NCBI GenBank assembly: GCA_000320545.1
Contig: ADNK01000741.1
Location: forward strand, 1 to 64,000
Source: Bigelowiella natans CCMP2755
Lineage: Eukaryota > Protista > Cercozoa
Direction of reading: 5' to 3'
DNA length: 64,000 nucleotides
In this document: positions 1 to 13,200 of the stretch, in pieces
How the letters are laid out: each line of letters opens with the position of its first letter
How positions within the stretch are numbered: position 1 is the stretch's first letter
Program-made: the position numbers and the translations under genes
The notes under the pieces: generated by a model
The model's input: the letters and a program-made list of their open reading frames with translations, nothing else
Databases searched by the model: none
Told to the model about the DNA's origin: nothing

Positions 1-169
1 TTCCCCCCCCCCCCCCCCCCCCCCCCTCTCTCTCTCTCTTTTCCTACCAGACGTTCCATAGCGACCATAGCTGAAGAGGGTATAGAGAAACAAGTGAGAT
101 AAGGGGGGGGGGAAGGGGGAGGGGCATTAAGGCCAACAATTACGAATAAAAGAAGAAGAAATTCACTTG

Positions 170-206
<37 letters not shown>

Positions 207-308
207 ATACACACACAGAACATAGATACTGGTAGCACAGGCACCTTCTTCAGTGTTGTTGTTGCTGCTGCTGCTGCTCTTATTAGGATTATTACTACTA
301 CTGCTACG

Positions 309-348
<40 letters not shown>

Positions 349-932
349 CCACCAGACGGGATCCTGCCAAAGAGCTCCTCTTTACAGGTCAAAGGAAGCT
401 TAGGCAGTGCTAGCTGTAGTTGTTGTTGTTGTTGTTGTTGTTGTTGTTGCATATCTGATGATGAACGACGAGAGCAGCTTGGATTGCGCGTGGCCTGTTT
501 TTTATCATTATTATTATTATCATTATTATCATCATTAATATCATTAATTTCCACGGTGGCTTGTTGGTACTTCTTCTTTTTCTTCTTTTCACCTTGCCAG
601 CGCTAGTAGCAGTAGTGTTGTTGTTGTTGTTGCTGCTGGTGCTGCAATCTTGAGAATGCGTGGCGGCCCCTAGAGTGGTGACAGCAGAGGATAAATGATC
701 ATCGCAATTCGTGGGGGAAGGAAAGCACTACTGCCTTTACTACCTGCTAGAATTGAGGCGATGACTCGGAATAGTGAAGGGATCTACCAAGAGGAGGCAG
801 GAGGAAGTAAATAAATAAAGAAAGAAATAAAGAAAGGAGGTTTATGGGAGGGGGAGAGGAGGGGGGGGGGGGTGTGGAAAGAGAAAGATGTCCATGTTCT
901 CATTTCCAATACTAATCGCCTCCCCCCCCCCC

Positions 933-976
<44 letters not shown>

Positions 977-1770
977 ATAAAACTGTACCATAAAACTACA
1001 ATACAACCTACTACCACCCCTACTACTACTACCACATATGACCTCGGGGTAGTGGAAAGGAGGATGGGGGGGATGATTTCTACCACTACTACTACTACCA
1101 CTACTACTACCATCACCATCATCACGGCAACCTCCTGTCGCGGCAGCAGCGGCCATCATCGGATTAGCTGATAAAAGCACCGATCATACTGAGATGTAAT
1201 GCTGATTCAATCTAAACCAAAGCATAATTATGCGCGATCACCATCATCTCCATCATCATCCTTTGCATGCTACTAAGACGGCAAAAGGCCTCCCCCTACC
1301 TTCCTGCATCAAAAACTTGTAAAATCGCATCAAAGTGCCGACGACGCCCAGCTGTATCATTTTGGCTCTGAGAGTCACGCCAGTGGTAGTGATTTCCGGG
1401 GCATACGACGACGACGCGCTGCTAGTAGTAGCAGTAACGAGAATATTATCCCCTGCCTCCACAAGGAAGCACAAGACCGATAAGTACTCGTCCTGCAGGA
1501 TATGGGATATAGTAGGGTCGGAGGAGTAGTAGCAGATTAGCACAAGTGTAATGGTGATGTGCTAAACTCGATAAGATATGAATGCTAGTGCTAGGACGAC
1601 TCTCTTATGCTCGCTATCAATAGATGAAGGTACATCTACGGTTGATACAGAAAAATAGATCATCAATTCAAGATTACAGAAAGTACCAGCATTGTTTTTG
1701 GTTAGTGGACTATTTTGCGGGCATCAAAGATTGAGGTTTTCGCTATGATGATTCACACGATTGCCACACA

Positions 1771-1831
<61 letters not shown>

Positions 1832-1942
1832 AGAGATCGTTCACCCTAAAACAATTGCTGCGCTTTAACAACTGAATACGCCGTATCTGATATAAGGATT
1901 TCCAAATTTTTATCATTACCAACATGATTCTCTGCTTTCCTC

Positions 1943-1973
<31 letters not shown>

Positions 1974-2761
1974 GTCGTCGTTATCGTTATCATAATCATT
2001 GAATTGGGCAACAACATTACCATCGTCCTGCCACATTCGATGAGTTTCGAGAGACCACCGTCAAAGCTGTTACCCCGCTTATTTTCGGCGGATTTGCTCT
2101 CTTTATCTTCCTCTTCTTTTATTTCTTTTCCCTCATGTTCTTTGTCGCTAGGAAGATCCTTATGTTCTTCTTCCTTTCCTTCAGCTACAATACACCTCTT
2201 CTTCCTCTTCTGCTTCTGCTTCTCCTGCTGTCTTTGGTGGAGATCATTGGTTCCATTGATCATGCCCTCGTCTCCCTCCTCAATATCATTGAGATGGTGG
2301 TAGAACACAGCTCCCAACAGGTTTGCAAAAGCGACCCGCATTGCTTTATCTGGGCACTCGGTGAGGACGCGGTAGCCCCACCCAATCGTGAGGGTGTCGC
2401 ACATCATTTCAATCAGCTCTAATCGTGCTAGACGAGAGCCTGCAATAAATACGAAGACGACGACACCCATTTCGACAGCAGGAAGGAAGAAGGTGAGGAT
2501 ATATATGACTTATTCTTCTTCTACTTCTTCTATAACTAATACTACTACTACTTATAGTAGGAGTTTCACCAGCATATGCTTCATGTAAGAACGCAAGAAA
2601 TTGCGGCAATGTTGCCCTCGGCTCGGACTCCCTTGACTGAAATAGGAACAGGTGTACTGTGCACACGCTGATAGCCCTATAGCATCAATGGTGAGAATAA
2701 TAATAAGTATAATTACTCTCAATACACACACGCACACACACACACACACACATACACATGA

Positions 2762-2813
<52 letters not shown>

Positions 2814-3825
2814 TGCTCTGAGCTTCGGATCAATCGTTTCGTTGGAGTTGATTTGCTGAGGCCTATTCCTGTCCTTTATCCGCCCCCGATTAGAGTCGCC
2901 AGAAGAAGAAGAAGAAGAAGAAGAAGTAGTGGTAGGAACTGTGTGTGTGTCGTGGCAAAGTTTCCACAGAAACTCTTGAAACGACACATCTGCAACCTAC
3001 ATAGACGAACAACAACCACGAGGATATCAACGTAACCCCACCACTCTTCCTCTTCGCATCTACTACAACCCTAACTACCTACCACCAATTCTACCACTAG
3101 TACTACTACCGCAGGATTGCCACAGCAACATCTATATTAGTCATATTAGCTATCAACAACCGTTTCTGCCAAGGCGAAAGCACTGTTGTCGCGGGCAACC
3201 TGATACATATATACATGTATATACATATAAATAAATCATCGAAGGAAGGTTGATAACTATGGAGTAATGCTGATGAGGATGACGACTCAGAGCAGCGTGT
3301 TCTAAGCTACTAACTGTACTTCATGGGCATCCATCATCGTCTTTCAAATGATATAAATACGTATATATTTTCTGTGGCATGCATGTATGCATCGTTTTGT
3401 GTTTGTAATTTAGAACTGCAGCAATTTTTACCTCGTTGCGAATGGAGGAAGGGAACACGAAGTTGCTATCCCGAATAGTGTCCTTCCTCGCCCAAGATGC
3501 TAACCTGCTGCTGCTGCTGCTTCTATTTATGCTTGCTATCGATGGCACTTCTGCTGTCTTCAAACGGGTGGTTTCTTGGTCCTCCTGCCCCCTCTTCACC
3601 GTCGTCGTGGTGACATTGCTACCACTCATCCTTGATAGAGACGATGATTGGGAGAAACTTCTCCGAAGAGATTGTTCGGTAGAAGAGTGGTGATTCCCGT
3701 CATTGCTGCCAATCTTTTCGTAGAAGAGCATGTACGCATTCTGTATAATATCAACTTCCGTCTTCACCTGAGATACACCGTTCCATAAGCACTTCTTTAT
3801 CACACTCACACACACACACAAACAC

Positions 3826-3873
<48 letters not shown>

Positions 3874-6800
3874 TGTTCGGGCCTCTTCTGGTAAGGAGTA
3901 CGTTCTCTTTCTCTCTCATGCTATTACGTACTGCTGTTACCCCTCCCCCCCCCTCCCTCTTCCTCCTCCTCCTCCTCCTCCTCCTCCTCCTCCTTTTTCA
4001 CTACTCTACTCTACTGCTGCTACCCCAAGGCAGCCATCACCACAACCACCTTTGTTAGCGTTTTTGGATCTGTCCTTAAAACGTGTTTTCTTCCACCAAA
4101 ACACATTTCCGGTATCCTTCTAGGGTCAAATCTGCAACAACGATGATCACAATGGTGACGATGATGATAATGATGATGATGATGGTGATGTGGACGCAAA
4201 ACAATGAAGATAACACTACCGAAGATAATGGAAAACGGTGGGAGATTTGTGAAGAAAGAGGAAGAGAAGAGGAAGTGGTTGGAGGTGAAGAAGACAGATA
4301 GATAGGAGTCACAAGTTATGAGCAGCAGCTCCTACGCAAACAATTAACAAAGGGAATAATTATCCATTCTCACCGAGTGATATGTTGGTCATTAAACTCA
4401 GCCCAGTTGTTGGTGCCAACTCGAATGTATCTGAAGAACACACAGGAACGAGTGGTGAGGAGGGGGGCAGACGGATGATTGGACGATAAAGCACAAAGCA
4501 AATTAACTGCGCCGGTGGTTGGTCTTTTGTTGTTGTTGCTGCTGTTGCTGTTGTGGTTGTTATTGTTGGGATTTACGAGAAGTAGTGGCCTGAGCTTGCT
4601 TGCCCTGTGTGCACGACGATGCCTGGAATCACACATAAGAAATTGAACCCTCCCTTTGAGTATGGATATTTTATTCCAGATCTGTCTCTATCCGACAATC
4701 CTACCCATCCCCCCCCTCCCCTTTAACTATCTATCACCGTCCTCATCACTTCTAGAAAACCTTTCAGGCGATATTTCCAATCATTCTTTTCTATTAGTAG
4801 CGGAGGTGCTGTAGTCGCCTCCTCTGCCTCGCCCCTTTTAGTACCTGTAAGGCGCAATAAACCATGCTTCTTCTTATCCGTGCACATATCAATTAATCAC
4901 CACCGAGATCCAGCAGATAATATTAGATTATAAAAATGAGGTAAAAATCATCTTAAAATCGTCAACATGGTGAGAGTCAAATGGTGCTTGGCCCTCCTGT
5001 TCCTTCTTCTCCTCATCATCACCGACGATGATTGGTTGATGAAAACAACATAAACTGATCATCACCCTGGTCAGAAGTCTTCCGGTCACCGTCCTGGCTA
5101 TCAGGCGACGAGATTGCTTTGCCACCGATGTTGCTGTTGTCGTTGCTTCCTTTCTGCTCTCCCTTCTTCTTCTTCTCCTCCTCCTCCTCCTCCTCCTCTT
5201 CCTCCTCTTTCTTCTCAATTGGCGGTACTCCGTGGACAGAGTATGGAAACATATCGAGCTCCTTGGGGAATTCGAAGTGCTGGTTGATCTTAACCTATGC
5301 GCGTATTGTCGTTGTATAGGCGAAGAAGAATGCGTGTGGGGGTAAAGGTGGTGTTCGTGGTTGTTGGCGTGATACTAGTTCACATCAACGATGGATGACA
5401 ACACACCTGCAACACACCTGTGATGATGGTGTCGGAAACGAAAGACATACATGCGTTGTTCAAAGTAATAGAGAATACGACGACACACAACAACAACAAC
5501 GATATCACGGGGATGTTATCTGTGAAATTATAACATGTTTGCGCGATTGCTACAGAGAAGACTAATAACAAAAGACGTGCATTTGAGAGAGGGAATTGTT
5601 AACTTCTTACCATTCTCATGGTGTCAAAATCGGTATAGAACCTCTTTAAGTGCAGCACAAGGACCTCAGGCGCAACCTGATAAAAAGGAGGGGGATCATG
5701 GAAGGAGGAGAGAGAATGATGGTTCATATTTATTCACAATAAAGGTTCTAACACATGGATAGTGATTATAATGATTGTGATACAAATAATTCTTAATAGT
5801 AAGTATCACCTACACTCTTACCGCAACCATCACATACCATACAATCGTGGGCAAGTAAGGGGTTCTTACAAAGCACTAAAGATCCGGTAATACTAATACT
5901 ACTCTACCAACCTTTATACAAGCGCGCTTGACCGCCGTGACCTTTTTCGGACAGCCTTCCATCTTGACCTTGTTGTTGGCATCTAGGATGTCACCTTTTA
6001 CGTACGAGTCTAACGATTCGTTCAGATTTGACTTGCCGCTGATGGTCAGATTCAGCACGAAGAACCTATGAAGGAGGAGGAGAAGGAGAAGAAGGAGTAT
6101 TGGCATAGGATTTAACTTATTTATGAAAGAAATCATTCGGCATGCGACGGCGGCGACGCAACAAGAGGAGAGGAAACACCACCTTTCCTCCCTCTCTGAC
6201 TCATGAATGGTCTCGAGTGAAATCGTCTGATGGCTCAGTATCCCTTGGAACACGGACTCCGGGGCTGTGCGGGGGATACAGACAGGAAAGCAAGTGTAAG
6301 AGGAGAGGGCGAGGCAAATAAAATTAAAAAGGAGCAAGAAGAGAAGAGGAAAAGAATGTGTTGTTGATTGGAGGAGCTCACCTGTATAGCTACCAGACTG
6401 CTGCTTCTTCTTCTCGGAAGGAGTAGCAGCAGCTTTCCCCCGCTCGTGTACAAGATCTAGTACGCGACTTAGGAATTCCTGGGCGTCTTGTTGCTCGCTC
6501 ATCTTTAGTAACGGTAAGGAGTTAACAATACACTGATATACTACATCAGTCTACCATCATAGGTAGCATTAGACACCGGCAATGATGCATTGTTTAAGCA
6601 CGCCAACCCACGCGTTATTCCACATGTGTACAGGCTATCATCATCATCATCATCATCATCATCATATGAAAATCAGTAATAGGCACAGTATACATTGACT
6701 GGACGTTCGCCAGGCCATGTAAAGCGCTCGCAGAACCCACGAGCATCGTACGCTTTCCTGTGGGAGTCTGTAGATATTTTGCGTCGTCGTCGTTGTCGTC

Positions 6801-6875
6801 GTCAACAATAACCAATTAGAAGATCTTGGTATCAACAGTTAATGTAATGCAGAGCGCCACGTTCATATCCGTAGC

Positions 6876-6914
<39 letters not shown>

Positions 6915-9900
6915 ATAAACAAAGGGAGAGAGGGGAAGGGGGGGGGGGGGGGGGAGTGAGAGAGAATCTCGTACCGTGTAGATGTGCAAAAACCAGGCGT
7001 AACTCCCTCAACGCTAGATCGTGTGCATGAGCAACACGAATTGATGATTCCTTCTTCTTTCTCATCGCTCCACTTCCCTCTGCTGCTGCTGCTGCTGGTG
7101 ATGGTGCCTGAACCGTATCTTCGGTATAATCATCATCATCATCATCATCATCGTCGTCGTTGTCTCCAAAGCCTGCTTTCAGCATGGAGTGACGGAATGC
7201 CTTAACGAGAAACATCTGCTGTAAAATCGCATTCATATAACAGGTTGCTCCCTGGTTCTTGAGCCCAACAAACTCCTTCCTCTTCCGGCGCCTGCCAACA
7301 TTTCCACGACCAGATCTCAATCCCACCCCCCCCCCCGACTCTACTCTTTGCCCCCAATCTCTCGGTGACGAGCCGACAGGGGGGGCTTCCCAGCATGGCA
7401 ACCGGGATAATCTTTCTAGTAATAGCGTCATAGCCTCATGTGAGCCATCGACAACTTCGCTTAGTAACATATACACCTGCCTCATCGTGGAGGTTTGCAT
7501 AGGAGGGATAGTGGTGATGCTAGAAGAGAAAAAGGGAGTCGTTATCGCACCAGCTGCACAACTCTTCTTCTTCTTCTTCTTCTCTAATAGCTTCACCTCC
7601 TTCCTATCTTCAACATTCTCCTCATAACCATGTTTGTAGTCGTTGTCTTCACCGTTGTTGTCGGCAGCGAAGATGCAGCTGTCAAAGACCTCCTTTAAAA
7701 TATTCACTCGCAGCTGCTCTGATATGATTCTTGACCTGGCGAGCAATCGCAGGGATCTCATAACAGAGACAACAGCAGCCTCTCTCTCTTTATTTATCTT
7801 GGTGCTAGTGCCTCCCGTGCCGTTTCGAATACCACGAAGGCAGCCATAAATCGTCGCTTCGTGGCGGCGAGGACGATGGTTGGGCCGATTCCTTACCTTT
7901 CGTTCTTCAACATCCTCGGTGCGTATATTACTGCTGTTGCTATGCTGTAATGATCCTACATTTGCTTTGCAGCCATTCTCGCCTAGACCGTTACCATTGC
8001 TCGACTTTAGGTCCTGCACAGGCTTGAGCCCTCGGAGTAATGCCAGCAGCCACTTCGCCAGCTTTGAGCGCGACCGTGCAACGAGGTGCTGGGGGTAGTA
8101 GCCTGGATTTCTCAGATGATCCACAGCCAGATGTGCTGCTAGTGCCAAGGCTGCTCGAAACCCAGGGTCAAGACACCATCCCAACGATGATGATGATGAT
8201 GATGATGATGACGACGACGATGATGATGGTGATGATGGTGATGAAAATGATGCGCGAGAAGAACACTGCTGAGGATGGCCATCGTTATTCTTCTCATTAT
8301 TAGTGATACTATCAACACCACCGCCGTCGTTCTCCTCACCATCCTCGTCGTCACCTAGTGCGTGGCTGGTAATCTGGAGCAAGTGGGACAAAATGGCTGC
8401 ACGTAGGCTGGAAGGATGTGTTTCTGTCTTACTCTTCTTCTGTTTCAGCTTCTCCTTCGTGTTCCCCATAGTATCCCCTCCTCCTCCTTTGGATGATGGT
8501 GATAATGATGACGATGATGTCAGAGAGTGGCTATCACCACCTTCCTTAAGATTATCATTTACAACAATTTTGTCGTAATTTTTACCGCAACTAGTAGTAG
8601 TAGCGTTCTTCTTGATCATGATGGTAGACTCCAAAACGATCGAATACAATGTCCTAGCAATGTCCTCTGCGATGTTGCTACAACTGCTGCTCCTCATCCT
8701 CCTGTTTCTATTGCCACGACCATCCCCCCTTTCTCCCACCACCTCCACTGCAGCTGCTGCTGCTGCTGCTATAGGGGCCCAACCCGGCCCCCACTCGGTG
8801 CTACTGCTACTGCTGCTGTCTCGAGGAGAAGCTGTCGTTATACCAGTGAAGAAGATCGCCTTGAGCAGCAGCGAGAGGTTCGAGTTGGGAATCAATTGTG
8901 TTGCTAAAGTAGGGGCTACACGAAGGCACCCTGCCAACAGTCTCACAGAAGCATGTGCTAGCCTAAATTTATAATAGTTGTATGATAGATGACAGCCAGC
9001 AGGTGCTATAAAAGAGAAATGCATGGGGTTAGGTAAAGGAGCCGATCTGTATCGTTTTCATAGTTGTCATCATTATTCATAAATATCTTCTTCATCGTCG
9101 TTCTGGTAGATTCATTTCTGTATCCATGCGTGACTTTGTTGTTTTTTTTTTACCGCAAGGCTGCCACAGACATCTCAGTTGAAGGAGAAGACGACAGAGC
9201 CGGTGATGATGATGATGACGTTGGTGATGATGTCGCTGTTGGGGTTATCTGGTGATCCATGCCAGCAGCCTGTGATTGGTTGTTGTTTTCAATTCAAAAT
9301 CGTCGTTGGTTATTTTATGGAAAGAGGATCACGACACAGTGAAATATCGATTTTGCTTCACTCGATTTGCTCCAATAAATCATTAAATATACACGTATCT
9401 AGGAGGTACGACTTTGAACTCTTCTTACTACCATCAAGAAATGCTATAATCTAGTGTCGTCGTCATCATCATCATCATCACCATTATCATCGTCATTGTC
9501 ATCATCACCCCAGCCCTACCTTGCCTTCGACAATGCTTGGGGCTAGCGAAAGAATTAGCTCGATAAGGGAGGGAGCCATGCTGACAAATGTACATTTAGA
9601 ACGGCGGTTCTTTAATAGAATGAAGGGTAAGTAGAGGAATGTGTTCAACAACAATACCTCCTTAGCCTACACATCTCGACGACTGGCAAGGACGAATGAG
9701 ATGAGGAAGAAGAGACGCCTGCCCCTCTGCTTTCAGATGTAAGTGGAAGGTGATATGAATCATCTTCAGAGAGGAGGGAGTGCGCGACTCGGAAGAGCGT
9801 CGCGAGAATTTCGTACAGACAGACGCGGCGATGGTTGAGTGGGGGCACGGTGGAAGGAGAGGATAGTGGCGAGGACGGGGAGACGGTAGAAGAAAGAGAG

Positions 9901-10433
9901 GAGAGGAGCACGCCAGATGCTGCAAGGGTAAGAAGGTGCCTTAGTCCGCCTTCCTTCACGAACTCTTCGACCCACCCCCTCCGCTTAAAATGTCTTAAGT
10001 CGATCATGGTGTCGCTACTAATACTATTCCGATTTGGTGGAAAGGTGTCTGAGGCTGCCATAGCCTTTAGTTTCTCCCTCGACGGCCTCCTATGAGTTGT
10101 TGCTGTCGTCGTGTACTGCTTTCCGGTGCTGGAGCTGTCCAATGGCTGCCGTTGCTGCATAGGGTGATTGGGCAAACGAAGGATACTCTCGGCGATTCTC
10201 AGAGCGTAAAGCAGCTCAAATGGGCGGTTGGGGTTGAAGATGTCTCCCCATGCTACTGTGGGGGGTGAAGAGGAAGGGAAAGCAGAAGAATTGGCTTGTT
10301 TATTGTTCTTCTTCTTCTTCGTTGCTGTGGATGGTGATGACTGAGGGAGTAAGGAGAGCACCTAAATCACGATAACAATGCAAGCTTCTTATGAGGAAGA
10401 TAGAAGGGAGAAAATTAATGCATGAATACGCAA

Positions 10434-10504
<71 letters not shown>

Positions 10505-11755
10505 GAGACGCACGCACACCCACAGTTTATGTACTATCCATCTTGTATTTCCACTGTCAGTTGTACGTCAATGTACCAGGAGGTGGCTCTCCGAGCAAGG
10601 TAAAAGCTTTAACAATCGCCACACCTACATTGATGAGGATAGCCAGATTAATGAATAATGTCCACGTTATAAAAAAAGAAAGCAAAGAAAGATGTAATTA
10701 AGAGTATTTCAGTCATTAGATGCAGTGATCTTCTTCCTCTTCTTCTTGTATGCGGATGATGATGATGACTGCTACTACAACTCCTACTACTACGACGGCG
10801 GATAAGTGGGATTGGCAAGAGAACATACTCTTGTGACTGCTAATTAATGCTGGTCGTCTTGGTAGTAGTACTACTAGTAGTAGCATTTGCAGTAGTAGAG
10901 CACCACCCACCTTTGCGCCAAAAACAGGGTCTGAGCATGGAGATGAGGGGATCTTGGTCTTCTTCTTATCAGCTTCCTCTCTCCTTGCCTCTTTTCTGCC
11001 ACTATCTTTCACTCCTCCTCCACTGCCACTACCTCCTCCTCCTCCTCCTCCTCCTCCTCCTCCTCCTCCTCTTTCTCCCCGCAGACCATCATCATCATCA
11101 TGTGGAAAATTATCACTAGATGCTGCTGCTGGTGCTGTCGGGGTGGGGCCGGAAGAGACAGCATCAGCACTTACAGTGGTAGTAGTAGTAGAAGCAGCAT
11201 TAGGAGGAGGAGGACTGGTTGTTGCCCATCTAACCATGTCAAACAAACGTTGATAGACCTCCCCTTCTAACGCTACCCGAGATAAAACATACGAGAGACG
11301 TGCTGTCTTAACCTGAGTTAGGGGAGAGAAGTAGGCGAGGAGGAGAACTGTAGTAAGAGCATGGTAGTTAAGTGGATAGAAGAAGGAGGAGGAGGAGGAG
11401 GAAGAAGAAGAGGAAGAGGAGCCTCAGAACAGAGTAGTACGTGAGCGAGGTACCAAGCTCGCCTGCTGTTTATTGGCGTTTTCGTAGTGTTCCTTGTTGT
11501 CGTGCAGTAGCAGCCCTCCTTTACCAGCACCTCCTCCCCCTCCTCCTCCTCCTCCTCCTCCAGAAAGAGTTGCTCCTACTGTGTGTGAAATCAAGGCAAC
11601 TTTGCTGAAAGAAGGAGGAAACACTATCACTATACTACTGCATAAATGCTGTTGGTCACAGGGTAGGGAGGAGGAGGCACTTGATTGTTACCATAATGCT
11701 TCTTAAATGCCACTGTTGCTGGCAGCGATACTCCTGGTTTTCCTGCTGTAGTAGC

Positions 11756-11787
<32 letters not shown>

Positions 11788-11964
11788 CCGAGACTCCCAC
11801 TGACAAAATCAAAATGATCAAGGGAAACGACCAAAATATATTCACGATTTATCAGTTGGAATTGTAGAAGATACAGGAGAGTCAATTGCTCGGCACAGAA
11901 CATCCCCGACGTATCTATCGAAGGGCAAATAACTAACGTGTTCAAACTTATCCTTCTCTCTCTT

Positions 11965-12020
<56 letters not shown>

Positions 12021-12053
12021 TCTCTCTCGGCGCATCGCTATGGCCGACTACTG

Positions 12054-12084
<31 letters not shown>

Positions 12085-13200
12085 CTGGGGATCCCCATGA
12101 TGACAGCATCATCACATGCCGATCTTGCCTCTGCAAGTAGGATATATCTTCAAGGTCGCAAGAATGCAACAGATCGCTCCTGCTGAACATGCGGTTGAGA
12201 ACGGGAGGGTTGAGCTGGGGCTGGCGAGAGAGGTAAATGACGTTGTCGGAGGTGTTGTCGTCCCCCTCATCCTCATCATCCTCCTCGTCGTCATCGGTGC
12301 TCTTCTCCATTTTCTGCATCCCGCTGTTGTTTTCTTCTCCGTTGTAGATGTTAGTGCTGCTGCTGCTGCCAGCTCCTATTATCCCTTTGCCAAAGCCACC
12401 GCTGCTGCCCTTTTTGAAGTCTATCTCCCCTAGGGTAGGGCCAGAAGCAGCACCTCCCTTGTTATTTTTCCCGGCAGCAGGCAGAGGGCGATTACCCACC
12501 ATGAGATGTAACATATCAGGATGGATGCCTAATGGCAGATCACACACTCAGCTACTCGGTGTATTATGATTTCATTGTAGTAGTAGTAGTAGTAGAAGTA
12601 GAAGAAGAAGAAGTAGGAACGGGAAAGAATGAGAGGAAGAGGAAGAAGATGATGATGGAGCAGAAAGAATGCAAGAATTCAAGGGCAGCAGCCAAAAGAA
12701 ATAGGTAGGTAGATAGGTAGGTAGGTCTTCCTGAATCCTACTATTACTAGTATTACTAGTACTAGGAATAAGAGTCTCTTCGCTAAAACGCTTGCACCCC
12801 ACCCGTACAACCACTACATGTTTGATAATGCATCCCCCCACCAACTCCTCCACCTTCTCTCTCTCCTATATGGTGAGGTCTTACACCCCTCCTCCTTCCT
12901 TCTCTTTACCTCTGCACACCCTCTGCAAATGCATCGCAATTGCTGTCCGTAGATCGGACACACGCGCACTTCGCGGCAGCCGTGTACGAAAAGAAGGAAT
13001 TCTGAGGCCGGGCACCGGCTTAACAAGGATATCTATCGTCGTATCTTCAACAAGGGGGATTTCGGATGCTGCCTCCGACAATGTATCTACGAAGCTGGCG
13101 AGCATTTCAGCGTACCTGAGCACAACAAAAACAACAACCCGAAAGGAGGTTGACGCCAATCTGTCGTCATCGTCTTCATCATCAGCAGCATGCACCGTTT
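1..13200. repeat. Dense simple-sequence repeats ((CA)n, (GA)n, (TGC)n, (TAG)n, (CAT)n, (GGA)n) in introns and exons
   Basis: Read directly; similar density at ~26.4-41 kb and ~46.5-56.3 kb. Confidence 0.95.

Noticed and set aside
1-26. Poly-C run as a telomeric end
   Set aside because: It is an intronic homopolymer of the USP gene next to a (CT)n tract, with no CCCTAA repeats.
140-1180. Homopolymeric ORFs (poly-L, poly-V, ER/CV/HT/YI repeats) here and throughout the ORF track
   Set aside because: These are translations of microsatellites or antisense/out-of-frame reads of real exons.
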